DNA from: Octopus vulgaris
Lineage: Eukaryota
DNA length: 64,000 nucleotides
NCBI GenBank assembly: GCA_951406725.2
Contig: OX597815.1
Location: forward strand, 22,816,001 to 22,880,000
Reading direction: 5' to 3'
Part shown: positions 26,843 through 41,200 of the stretch, piece by piece
Layout: each line of letters starts with the position of its first letter
Position numbering within the stretch: the first letter of the stretch is position 1
The notes under the pieces: model-generated
The model's input: only the letters and a program-made list of their open reading frames with translations
The model's database searches: none
Told to the model about the DNA's origin: nothing
Program-made: the position numbers and the translations under genes

Positions 26843-29800
26843 TAGCAATAAAAATTGGTGATGGTAGGAAAGTAATGAAATAACATATCAAAGGAGGGCA
26901 TATATGCATATAAAATGAGTATATTTGTAACTTACATTAGTACACAGCATAAAGGAGACAAAAAAACACATGAAAATATATCTATGTAACAGCTGTGAAA
27001 TGTGTGTACACATGTATATGTATGTGATCATATATACATGAGCAGGTGTATCTATACAAGTAAAATGGGATGTATCAAAAATAAAAATTAGCATTGAACA
27101 AGTATTGATCTTCAACTTGAAAACAATGTTGGAAGGAATTAGCAACAAAACAAAAAAAAAAGCAAAAATATATGAAACAATACAAATATCATGTTGTTGT
27201 TGTTGTTGTTGCTGTGGAGGAGGAGGAGAAGGAGGAAGTGGTGGTGGTGATTCAGCTACAAGTAAGCTCTAATTAAGCAAACTGATGAAAAAAAGTGTTC
27301 CAGTTGTGACCATCCATGCTTTTGGTATTTCAAGAACCATTTTGTCTCATGTATCATCTATATTATAATTCTGTCTGTTCATTCATTCACACATTGTTAG
27401 AGAGAGGGGGAGATGGAGTGAGTGAGGAGCGTGTATAAAGTAAAGTAAATATGATAAAATACTGCATAATAAGGAATATGCAATTATATATAGATCTCAC
27501 AGTTTCAATAAGATTAAATACTAACAAATATATGTATTAAGTATTGTATAGATTGTTATTGTTTATTTTTCTTCCATTTATTACACAGGCAACAAGATTT
27601 ATAGGCAATAAAAATGCAAATCATCCTTTCTTTCTTAAATAGCTCCCCTTAATTCTTTTTATTCCATGGAATTTCCATAAATCCTTCTAGTCTTTTTTTA
27701 TTAAGGTAATGAGAAAATTTGTCTACTTCTAGCAGCATGAGTGCATGTACCACTTGTATACCAGAAAATATTTATGACCAATATTGTCTCTGGATAAATA
27801 TGATACTTCTATAGTAACTAGAGAGATTACTATATCTATAAAGTGCTACTAGTAAATTTCCAAGGTACATTAACATAGTAAAGAGGTACTAACTGTTTAA
27901 TTTCATAAAAAACCAAACCAGTAGACTAATAAAAATTTGGTTGCTATAGCTGTTAAGTGCTATCTACTCAAGCAAACCTAGGTGTAATGCAAAGACACAG
28001 CTGAAACCTGGAGAGTTTGTTTCCTATATTCATTCTGATATTCATTCTATATTCCCATATTCTATATTCCTATATTCATTCTATATTCCCATATTCTATA
28101 TTCCTATATTCTATATTCCTATATTCATTCTATATTCCCATATTCTATATTCCTATATTCTATATTCCTATATTCATTCTATATTCTTATATTCATTCTA
28201 TATTCCCATATTCTATATTCCTATATTCATTCTGATATTCATTCTATATTCCTATATTTATTCTATATTCCTATATTCATTCTGATATTCATTCTATATT
28301 TCTATATTCCTATATCCATTCTGATATTCATTCTATATTCCCATATTCTATATTCCTATATTCATTCTGATATTCATTCTATATTCCCATATTCTATATT
28401 CCTATATTCATTCTATATTCATTCAGATATCCATTCTGTCTGAGACCATGTTCTACTTCCCATAATGCAATGTCTGGTTGCGTGAAATGTGACGTGACAA
28501 TTGGAAAATATTATGTAATGTTTATGGGATAACCTGTCTGTGTTGTGCTAGGTGCATACTACACTTAACACAATCTGATTGCATTACATTGTAGCAACTT
28601 GAGCACTTTGTGTCTTTAAGCTAATGTGATAATTACAGTGAAATTCAGCAAAGTGAATGTTAGTTTGTTTTTCTCCTAAAATATTAAAGATTACTTGAGG
28701 AAAATATTTGTGCTTTTAGTTTACTGAGTGTATGTGCCCTTTTGTGTTAGACTGGCAGCATTATGAAGGCATTAAAGGAAATAATGCCTTTGGTAAGGTT
28801 TCAACCTATGAGTGTTTCTAACTTCAAAAGTTCATTTATGTGATGACTACTTACGGCATATCCAAACTGGAGGTTATATTCAGCATTGTTGACTTTAATT
28901 CGGCGTTCGAGTTCTATAAAAAAAAAAAACAAATTACAAGTCATTTCTTATTTCTAACTAAAACTGAAATAAATCAAAAGTATATAATGAACACAATATA
29001 TAAATAACACAATTAAGAAACCCAACCGAAACTGCAGAGATGTTAACAGAGCATCTTGGTGCCAAGAGATTAAAATAAAACACATGTATATATCTTCAAT
29101 TTCAAATTATGTAGATGAGGAGGAGGTAGGGTATATAGAGTGAACTGTATGGTGACTATGTGAGTAGTATATGTAATGTGTGTTAGTAAGTTGTATACCG
29201 TAAATCCTTGAGTATAATCCGCGTTTTTTTCCCAAAAATTTAAAGGTCAAAATCCCTAGTGCGTACTATATACGAGGTTAAAAATGAAAAATATTTTCTA
29301 AGCAATGTTCGAGTCTCTATTTGCTGTCCGGCAATGTTTATTCAGATGCATTTTGTGATGTCGGGCACGAAAATACCTTAAGCTAAGCCTAAAAGCAATG
29401 AAGTCATAAAAGAATCATCCATAACTTGCAGTAAGCAACATTTATTAAACGTTATTACTGTTATGTCTTTATTTTCTGCAAACAAAATGCACAAAAAGGC
29501 TACACGTTTGCATTATGTTATATATACAATAATAATAATAAAGGACGTTACTGTATACATTTTTACAAACCAAGGACGTTATATAGACCTCCTTAACTCA
29601 AGTTAGAGAAGGGGTGTGTATTATACACAAAGTTTAGGTTTTTCAGAGGTACAGCCCCCTAAAATCCCCTGCGTATTATACTCAAGGGCGGACTATACTT
29701 GTGGATTTACGGTATACGAAAATTATTACATGCTAATTAAATTTGCAGGGATTCTATCCTGACGTTTGATGATAAATTTCCTCAAATGTCAAGAATTTTT

Positions 29801-32800
29801 CTCAGGATTCTTGCACATTACACAAGATGGCATTTTTCTGCAGGTTGACAATATGTACTTCAAATGCAATATCCTTCAGTCTTTTATGTAGCAATTTGGA
29901 TGTTACATTCAATGCATTAATTACCACAGGAACAATTTTCATCTTCTTGTTCCACAGTTTTTTTCCTCTCTCTGGGTAGGTCCTGGTATTTCTCAATGTT
30001 TATCAGTTTTCTTGATCTCCATACTACTACTATATAGGACTGCAAAGTCTCATACTTTTTTATATATATAAGTGTCATTCTACAATCATATCTGGTCAAT
30101 TTGGTTCAATAACTCACTTTTTCTCATTATTATCATGATTAAGTGAGAAGCTGGTGGAATCATTACTGCACCAGACAAACTGCTTAGCAGCATTTTGTCC
30201 ATCGTTATGTCATGAGTTCAAATGTCACCGAGGTCAACTTTGTCTTTCATTCTTCCAGGGTCAATAAAATAATAAGTACCATTTGAGTATTGGGATCAAT
30301 GTAATCAACAGTCTTCCTGCTCCAAATAATTTCAAGTTATGTGCCTATAGTGGAAAGGATTATTATTACCTCCACCAAGGAAGGAGGTTATGTTTTCATT
30401 GGCGTTTGTTTGTCCATCCGTCCATCTGTGTGCAAAATAACTCAAAAAGTTGTGAACAGTATTTGATGAAACTTGCAGGAAAAGGTGGTAATGACACAAG
30501 GAACACATGATGAAATTTGTGTAGTGATATGGGAATTTTTATGGATTCTTGAAGGATTTTTCATTTGTTATATTTACTTTACATGAAGTATTACAATGTT
30601 ACGATCTTTGACTATCTCCCTTGAAAACCCATCATTTCCATGTAACCTATGGTGGCGTTGCTGTTTAGTGACAGTGTTGATGATGACAATGGTCAAGATA
30701 AGTATGGGAGGAGGATAAAATAATATCGGTGGTTATAATGGCGACAGGAGCTGTATGATGTGTGATGCTGAGGTGATGGTGGTAATAGTGGTGTTGATGA
30801 TAGTGTTAGTTGTGTGATGGTGGTATTGCAGTGGTTATACTGGTTGTGGTGGTGAAAGTGACTGTCAAGGTAACTGTCATGATAACATTGATGGCGGTGT
30901 ATGTAGTTGAAGTGGAAGCAATGACAATGCTGCTGATGATGTTGGTGGTTGTGAACAGCTTCAGATAATTCCTGTTTTTAAAGGGTTTATTTTTCTTAAA
31001 ATCATACGGCTGTTTTTTTTTTTTTTCACCCTCGCCAAGGCGGTTATGTTTTTGCTGCCATTGGTTTGGAAAATTGGGCGATTTTCAGCATGTGTGTATA
31101 TGGGTGGAAATGAGCTGTTTGGAGGAGGTCTGTGCTCTCCAAGTGCTTTTCTAGTTATTGTTGTAGTTATCATCATCACTACCAGCATCAATGTCCTCAT
31201 TATCTATCATCATCATTATTATCATTACCATTATTGAAAAACAAAAAAAAAAAAAGAAAGGTAATCCGGTACAACTGGATATTTGTAGTATCCAGTTTGA
31301 GTGATCAACTTTATATTTTCTCTTTCCATGATCAATAGACTAATTATTACCAACAATATACTAAACTTACTTTAATCACTCTTCCACTGTAACTAGACTT
31401 ACTTTAATCACTCTTCCACTGTACCACCATTTCTTTTAATGACTGTGTATTTACAAAGTTATAAATAAAGAAGTGCAACTAAACATTACTGATGGTCAGA
31501 CATATACAAACATGATGGAGTTAGTGGTAAAGCAAGGCTAACTTAGGCCAAAGGAGAAGAACTGGCAACAGACTGTAGGAAGGTGGTTGGATAAATCTGC
31601 TAACCATCAAACATAAAAACAGAGTAAACTTCATGTCCTTCCTTATGAGTATGCAAGCTAATCTTATTACTAATAAAAAAAACATAAAATGAAGGTTCTT
31701 TTCTTATTGACTATAAAGCAATGGTGGAACCACATGTGTGTCCCTTTAAATAACTGCCTTTGTGCTTTTATTGTTGAGTCTGTAGTTTGATTTTATATAG
31801 GTAAATTCTACTTTTTTTATGATGTAAAGTTATGTAAAGTTATGTAACTAGACACACTGTTTTGAAACCAGTTAACACAAATGCAGGCAGACACACACAC
31901 ACACATACAAATATATCCCTTAAACTTGAAAATCCAATAAGGGTTAGCAACAGGAAGGGCATCAAACCATAAAAAACAATGTCTCAATAATATGTATTTA
32001 TCTACTCCATGCTAGCATGGAAACAAGCATAAAACAAATGAAGATTTTGTGAATGAATCACCACACAAAAGATTACAAATAGATGCTTAAAATTCAATTA
32101 AAACGCTTTGTAAATGATGCAAGGAAAAAATAATCATATACTTGACTGATAAGTAACTAACAATGTGACTATAACAATGTAACCTCTTTCAGTTATTCTA
32201 ATAAGAGTCTTGAATGAATAATAGCTACTGATGGAGATTCCTCATGGAGCCAATTGTTTTTGGAGTACTTCAGCTGATTGAAAGACACAAGATTTTAAGT
32301 GTTAGTATCTAACCAATCAGGGTTAAGAGCTAGTTTCAAGCTAAATGTGGTTATGATCTGTTTCAAACCATGTGTGGTTTTTGTGGCAATTTTTTGAACT
32401 CACAGAAAAAAAAAAATATTTGTAAACTGTAAATAAAAAAGAAATTGAATGACATGAAATATGCTTTGTTTCGTTGCTTAACCCTTTCGTTACTATATTT
32501 CTGACCAAATTACACCCCTTATGTGTTTCAATTAATTTCTAACGTAATCATAAATTTAGTCTGGTTTCATTAAACAACTATAACTTTTTTATTTATCGAT
32601 ATATTAATCTGATTTTTGGAAGATAATTTAATGAAATATTCTCAACCAATTCTATACTATAATTTTTGTCACAAAGTGACTCTAATTGCAGGTAGATACA
32701 GGTAAATTCCACAAAATATAAAATTATTAAAATTTTGTTCAAACATCGCTATAGAAAATGGGTTATTAGCTAATATTCAATTGGGTATACAACAAAATTT

Positions 32801-35800
32801 TACGATAGAATTTGTTATTCTGGGTAACTTTCTGATACCCATAATAATATTTATGGCAAAATAGTCTTAATTTCATTTAAGGTTGTGGGAAACCACAAAC
32901 TATCGTTTCTTTCGCTTTGTTTACGTTTAGCGTAACGGTTCGTTTCTGCCGTAATGATTTCAAATAGGCTCATTCGAAAAAGTAAATAGAAATAGTCTAA
33001 GGCTTTACCCTTCTGGGAAAGTCTGTGGCTTGGTCCAGTTTCTTCAGAAAAATCACCGAAAGAAACAGTTTTTAAATTTTCACTCCATTCAGGTGCCAAT
33101 TTGTTTTCTTTATCGCTATCGGAGATCTCAGATTCACTGTTTTCACTTTCGGAAAATGAAACATCAGATTCATTATCAAATACCACATGCTTTTTTTTTT
33201 CAGTCATAGAGTTAGATTTATGAAGGTCTTCAGTAGAAAATCCTTCGAATTCTGACTCGCTGCTTGATATAATGAAATTCGTATCCATTTTTTGTCAGAA
33301 TTACAAATTTTGAAAACACAATAGGAACAAATTTCGGAAAAAAATCTCCCAAAATTCACGGAATTAAAATTACACTTCGATTATTGTACAAAACTGTAGT
33401 TGAACTGTTTATGAAGTATAATACGTGTTTTCACGAATGTACTGAAGAGATTTGCTCTGATATTCTCATTTAAATATGAATAGGTAAATTCGGGCAGCTT
33501 TGGGCGGTTTGGTCTCATAAACCAAAATTTTTTTCGGGCGACTTTGGGCGGTTTGGTAACGAAAGGGTTAAGTTGATGTAATTTTTCTCTCAGCAAACAC
33601 AAATTTTTTTAGACTAACACATAGTCTCCTATCCTTACACATAACCACACTTCTGTCATGCAATATACTTTAACTGAAATTATTATAACACTGCTGTATA
33701 TCAGCCCTAGAATAAACATAAGCAGTAGACAAGTACAATATATATTTCTTTACTATCCACAAGGGGCTAAACATAGAGGGGACAAACAAGGACAAAGGGA
33801 TTAAGTCGATTACATTGACTCCAGTGCGAAACTGGTACTTTATCTATCGACCCCAAAAGGATGAAAGGCAAAGTCTACCTCGGTGGAATTTGAACTCAGA
33901 ATGCAACGTCTGACAAAATACCGCTAAGCATTTCGCACGGCGCACTAACATTTCTGCCAGCTCGCCGCCTTGACAAGTACACTATAACCAACCCATAACT
34001 GCTATAATTATATTTTCCTACAACATAACAATCATCACTTGTCACAGAACAGCAAGTTAGGGAAAGTTAGAAGCCAGATGATATAACCTATACCTGTCAT
34101 AAATACTCAATAAAAAACTGTCAACAGATATTAATTCAGGTAATTACTATTGTGTTTAATTGACTTCACCTCCACCACAGACCACCCTACTTTAAACAAA
34201 ACATTTTTGCAATACCATTTGTCAGCTGATACTGACATCTTCGACATATCCAACACCTTAACTGGGATACTGTCCTCTTTCTCCTGCTTTCCTTGCTGCT
34301 GCATCTCCACACGTTTAAGGCTATTTTACATAAACAATCTAAACTCAAACAAAAACTCTGGCTAATGAAACACGATCTTCATTTTTGTTTTGATTCATTA
34401 TATATTTGTAGCTATTTTCAACTAATCAACATTCTAATATTGTCTGTTATAAAGAAATGAAATCATTACAATGGAAGAATAGAAATGACATCTACTTTTA
34501 AACAGATATTTTTAAAGACACTTTTTAAGCAGTTCATACAGGAAACAAATGAAACAGATGCTATCAGAGATAAGTGGGGAAACAAATTTGATTGGATCAG
34601 CTTACAGTTGGCCTGCAAAGAGACACTTGGTTGTTATGATACATTGGAAGATCTCTGTCCTCATCATGTACAGATATCAAAAATAGAGACAAGAGGAGCT
34701 CACTGGGATGAATAAAAGATTTTAAGTGGGAAACAAATTTGATTGGATCAGCTTACAGTTGGTCTGCAAAGAGACACTTGGTTGTTATGATACATTGGAC
34801 AGGGCGAAATGCTTAGCGGTATTTCGTCTGTCGTTACGTTCTGAGTTCAAATTCTGCCGAGGTCGACTTTGCCTTTCATCCTCTCGGGGTCGATAAATAA
34901 GGTACCAGTATCGCACTGGGTCGATGTAATCGACTTAATCCCTTTGTCTGATATATTTTAGTCTTGTCTACAATTCTGTAGACAAAGAGAGAACTTTATA
35001 TGATTATTGCTGGTGTCAAAACGTAGTGCAAGGCTACACTCAAATCTAGAACACTGCCTTTGAAATAATAACCTGAATAAACAAATAAAATGCAAATAGT
35101 AATGAAAATAAGTAGTTATTATTTTCCACAAAAGGATCAATTCTAATATTAAGAAGCAAAATGGTTAAACTAATGATAGTACAAAAAGAAAGATAATTGT
35201 AGATTCAATATACCAAAGTGTGTTTAAAACATATATAGTCTTACTATAAAATGTAACTTGGGAAATATACACAAGGTTTACAACAGAACAGTGACAGTAG
35301 TGAACTGACTTCACAGTCAGTGGCAATTTTGCAATATATGTATGGCATTAGTGTAAAAGCAATTTCTTATCAGTTGTCAGATTCAACAATGATATGTAAG
35401 TCATTTTCCACTTTGAGATGTTATTTTCAATATGCCTATAAGCTGTATCTTTTCAGCTCTACAGTGATCAAAGTTAAATGAAACCTACCAAAATCTTAAA
35501 ACGGTTTGAAATTTTGCAATCAAGTCAATATTCATACAGAGAAATACTAACACAATCTGGCTAAATTTAAACTTAGAGATTATGTTAATGATTCCCTCTG
35601 CTACTACTCTATGTTCCTTAATTTGTACAGATCAGATGACAAAAGAAACATGATGTAGTAACAGAGTCTATCATCAGCTTCAAACAAATATATAATAAGT
35701 ACAAATAATGAATAGGCAAAAGATACAGGGGACATTTGTCATAATGACAAATAACCAGATGTATGAGATCTTAAAAAAAAAAGATATACAGGAAATAAAG

Positions 35801-37487
35801 TCAATGAAACAACCCAGGGATCTCACTGGATATAGCTGATAATTACTATTAATTAGATAATCTAATTAGAGCTGGATGTAACATGGAGGTGGTTGTAATG
35901 AAGGTGGGAAAAAATATATGGCAAATACTACTTTCAACGATTTGTAGCTAAAGGTTTAATATGATTTTGCTTATATTCAAAGTTGGCATGTGTAATAATA
36001 AGCAGGTATAGATATAATTAATGGACATGTGCTCTTGCTACTTGTCTATTGATCCTAGGTAGCATTTATTATGTTTTCAATGCTGTTGGCACTGCTGGAT
36101 TAAATGATGCTACCCAGGTGTTGAAACCATAGTGCTATCTGTTTGGCAGCTGATGATGGGAATATATGTTTGATGTGCTTATTGTCTATAAATCTTTTAT
36201 ATCATGTAATCTTGTTGTTTTGTGCAGCCTTTCATTCTTATAGAGTTGAACTTGTTGAAGGGCTCAAGGCTGGTGGTAGTTTTGCTGTTTGTATTCTCAC
36301 ATATATTCATATGTAATATCAAGATATCTGGGTGCCTTGCTGTACTCAAGAAAACCCATCTACCACCACAAAATTGATATCTTAGAACCACCTTGGTAAC
36401 GCTTGACCATGAGGTGCTCTGCTTCACCCCCATCTCTATCTGCTCAGCCATGTCAAACACTTCCCCCACATTTCCTCCCTTAACATCCATCACTTCTCTA
36501 TCACTTGAGAGCAGAATAGGCATAGACTACATTCCTCTGCTTTCTCAGTTACCTTCCTTGCCCCACCCCAAACCACTTCCCATTATCTTCCCCCACTTAT
36601 TGCCTCCACCAATCACCTCCTTTCCACACCTTCTCTCCCCTGTGCTTTTCTCCAGCATTAATGCCTCACTCATTTACTATCACCCTCAATGTTCTCACAT
36701 ATCCACTGCAACCCCCATTCCCAAGTCTCTCTTGTATTTCTCTCCATCATTTGCTTCAGTCACCTCTATGATGCCCACTCACCCAGTCCAAATCTCTGTA
36801 TCACCTCACTTATTCTCACCACCCACAATGTGGGTGCTTGAGCCACATAAAAAGCACCCACTATACTCTGTAAAGTGGTTGGCATTAGGAAGGGCAACCT
36901 GTCATAGAAACCATGTCAAAGCAGACAATGGAGCCCAGTGCAGTTCTCGGCTTTGCCAGCTCCTGTCAAACCATCCAATTCATGCCGGCATGAAAAACAG
37001 ACACTAAATGATGATGATGATTGATATTCCATGATTGTATTCATTGGTAATCTTATGCTTCGATAATACTTAATTAAGGATTTCTAGTTTTGGGAGTTTC
37101 TGTGGTATACATATATGTATGTATATAAGTTTATATATATAAACAAAATGGAGAGTATATAGATACGTTAATTTATTAAAAATGCCTACAATTGTTTCAA
37201 TTTAACTCAATACTAATTACAAATTCATAAATAAAATGAAATAAATTTTGCATTTAGAATATTAGTAAAACTTCATCAGTCCTAATTGACATAAAAGAAT
37301 TACATGTTAGGTAGAGACTGAATAAACAAAAGTATGTTTATATGTGTTAATATATTTCATAAAATAAGAAAAGAAAAGAAAATAGGATAAAATAAAATAT
37401 AAATAAAAATAAATAAAACAAGATGTGAATAAAAATAAATACAACATTATAGCCTTTATATATGTGTATGTTGACAGATTTTACTAA

Positions 37488-37538
<51 letters not shown>

Positions 37539-38192
37539 ATGTTTGAAAGAATAAACGAATTCATTTATTTATTTATGCTTGTGCATATTAGTATTTTAAA
37601 ATACTTTAATTAACTATATGTTAATAAATTAATCTATATCTGCATACTCTCCATTTGCTTCCTGTTTATCATTATCTGTTCCTTCTCAAGCCATGCCTGG
37701 CTCATAAGGGCCGGTTTCCCAGTTTCCTTGGCATATAGGTTCCCCACCTGGACAGGACGCCGGTCCATCGCAGGTGAGCTGCAAGATGCAGGAGGAAAGA
37801 GTGAGAGAAAGTTGTGGCGAAAGAGTCAGCAGAAGTTTGCCATTACCTTCTGCCGGAGCCACGTGGAGCTTAGGTGTTTCACTCATAAACACACACATTG
37901 CCTGGTCTGAGATTCGAACCCACGATCCCTCGACTGCGAGTCCGCTGCTCTAACTCTTGTTTATCATATTCTCCATTTTTGATATACCAATTTATATCGA
38001 TGTGATATTTCTCATAGATATAGGGTATTAAACCGGTGAAACTAGAACGATTTCATCCGTATAGGAGGAATACATATCCTCACAGTAGAAAAAATATCTA
38101 TATATATATATACTTGTATTTGCAGCTTTAAATAAATCTGTTCTTCGTATGAAACAATTGTACTGAACAACTAATCCATTTTTGTTGCTTTT

Positions 38193-38246
<54 letters not shown>

Positions 38247-41200
38247 ATATATAAGCAACAGGATATCAAGCAGTGGTGCAGTAAGACCGTTTCAAATGGC
38301 TCCATTTAACTGAACAATGCAATCATTACATCAATTTATTTGCACAAATAAATAAATAAATAGAATTTTAACAAGTAGGACACATATAATTTTTCTCAAA
38401 TATTTTAACAGAGCAAGTAGATCGAAGAAATTTATGTTCTCACTATTGTAGCTAAGAATAGACTACTCTTCCAAGAATTGCATGAAGCCTATTGCAGGCA
38501 TAGTGTTGTAAGGGATTGTAATTCATTTCTAATTCATTTATCTCTTTATCAACTACTAAATCTAAGACTAGAAGACTGTGTCCATTTTGAATAAAGGACA
38601 AGAGTGAGTTGACAGCTCATGGCTAGGTATGGTCATAAATATTGTCATATGTATCCCTTTTCCTCAGGGAGGAAAGAAGGCATTAGGAGTAGTCAATTGG
38701 ATACAAGTAACTGTTTACAAAAAGAGGCTGGGAAGGGGAAGACTTTAAATCATGATGTTAATTATCAGTTAAAGGGGCAAGATGCAAAGAAACCTAAGAA
38801 GTTAATACAGAGGAAATTTTATTTTGGGGCACTATTAGTGACTGTTTATAAACAATATTGTTATGTTGTATAAGAATAAAATTTAAGATTTTCAAAAGTG
38901 ACATCATAACCAAAATAGGTAAAATGTGTGTATCAGTTATAAACATTAAAAAGGAAAGAGTACATAATATCAGTTTAATACTCATTCGTGTATTAATTAC
39001 TTATTAGGTGGTTTCTATAAAGACTGCTCAGGGCATTTACTTATGGAAGAACAGGAAAGATATACATGCTATCTATTAATTTTAAGCCATGAATCAGAAA
39101 AAGTAAAGATGCATACAGATACACACACATTTATGTATGTGCATATAAACATATATATACATACACAAACATTTATACATTTATATGGATATAGTATATC
39201 CATCTTGCATAGACTTAAGTAAATGAAAAATATTTTTTAAGAACAAGAAAAGTAACAATTTGTAAGAGATAAGAGGTTAATAGGTTCATGTGATTCTTGG
39301 AAGTGTAGTCTATTCATAGCAATAATAGCAACAACATGAATTTCTTCCATCTTCTCGCTCTGTTAAAATATTTGAGAAAAATTATATTAATGTGTCCTAC
39401 TTGTTAAAATTCTATTTATTTGTGCAGCTGAACATGGCACTGCATTTAAACTGATATAATGATTTCATTGTTCAATTAAATGAAGTCACTTGAAATGGTC
39501 ATACTGCATCACTACTTGACATCCTGTGGCTTATTTTGATTTTATTCACCTTACTTCATGCTGTGTGAATACTGGACTGACTTGGTGCTTCAACTTAAGT
39601 ACATAATTCAAATGAATCTCAATTATTTCTTATATATCTATTATATAAAATCCTTTCTGTCTGTCTGCATGTGTGTCTTCTAGGATCACGGGCATCCTCC
39701 ATCCAATTGCGCTCAAATTTGATATGTAGATACCGACGATATCAGGGCGTGTATAAGTCATGAAAAAATTACAAAAATCGATTCCAGGTGAGAATGCGAT
39801 CGATAAAGCCGTGGGAACGTGCATTTGTACGTGCAGGTACATCAGCTGTTGCAATGTACTTACTGGTACTTTAAACTCTTCGGCTGCATATTTGTGTGAA
39901 TAAAATCATTTTTCTTTGGAAAAGAAAAAAAGTCTATCTTCATTTCTTCTTTTGCTAGTGTCTCAAATTTAGGTTAAATCAATGTTTCTCAAAGGGGAGG
40001 CCTATGGGACGGTCGGACAAGTTGTTTTGAGAAAATTTGGTTTAAATGTCTGACAACTCAGCACCATCCATTGGATGGGGGGGGGGGCGTTTTGCTCGTA
40101 TATATATATAAGTTACTACCATGCGCATTTACTATCGTCACTTATTCATTTATTCAATTCTATCACATCGTCATTTATTTCTCTAATTTTGCCACAGATT
40201 GGCTGACTGAAAATTCTAAGATTGTTCAATTCTACTTCACTGTTATCAGCATTTGCTGTTTCATTAAATTATGTTACCCAAAATCCCAAAAGAATATTTT
40301 TCTCCCTCGTGTTCTATCCTTGACCAGCCTAACTCTGGCCCCTCTCTCTCTGTCTCTGTTTCGATAACCACTTGCTTTTCCAACACTTCCCCCACTCCCA
40401 CCACCCCACCCTATATAAACTAGCTCATTTGGATTCCGCTACTTCATCTTAATAACTCCGCCAAAAGAATACAAAACCAGATGTTCTTTTCGAATTCTGC
40501 TATTTCATGGTATGCCTACCCTCCACCCATACCCCCACCACCACCACCTGTACCGGAAGTCCCTGTCCTCTGATATCTTTTGGTTGTCTCCCATTAACAC
40601 TTCTATAGGCTTAATGGCATCCCCACCCCTACTTAGGGTTTATCTCCTATGTAAGGTATTGGTCATTTAGCGCATAAAAATGATGGTGTAGTGTATGCAG
40701 GTTGAAGGCTACTGAATTCTGCCAAATGAAAGCTTTCTTTTCAGGTACATGACGCTGCTGTCCCCCACTCCAGGGTCTCACAGGCCCACATCTCCCACAC
40801 CCTCTGGGTTGGCACACTCAACGTGGACACACTGAAAGGTAGGTCTGGTGAGATTGTTGAGATGCTTGAACGGAGAAGTAAGGTGGAGCGGAGGTTCTGC
40901 TAGGTTCCTCACAGGCAAAGAACATAGGTACAAGATTTTCTGGGCAGGGAACACTGACAAGGTCGGGGGCATGGGTATACTTCTTGTGGGGAAATGGGTT
41001 GATAAGGCAATCAAGGTAGTCAGAGTCTGCAATAGAATACTTAAGATTAGTGCTACATCATAGGTTAGCAACCATTATCTTGGCCAATGCCCCTCAGCCT
41101 GAAAGACAGAAAGACCGATTCTATCACACCCCCTTGCTGACGACTTCGTTGATGAATGACAGAGACCTTCTCTTTGTGGCTTGTGACTTCAATGGACATG

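Noticed and set aside
26197-26909. Leu/Ser-rich ORFs of 125-234 aa
   Set aside because: Translation of the AG-rich minisatellite.
28020-28437. CRISPR-like array
   Set aside because: No unique spacers, no cas genes, eukaryotic intron; it is a simple modular satellite.
31361-31424. 32-bp tandem duplication containing GTAAGT donor-like motifs on the minus strand
   Set aside because: The upstream ATG frame stops (GAT TAA) before the site; no exon evidence.
34140-34305. Possible alternative first exon [17 protein letters not shown]... on the minus strand
   Set aside because: No strong phase-1 donor to join exon 2 and no recognisable homology.
36393-37007. 204-aa Pro/Ser-rich ORF
   Set aside because: Low-complexity pyrimidine-rich sequence running into a family C repeat; no motifs.
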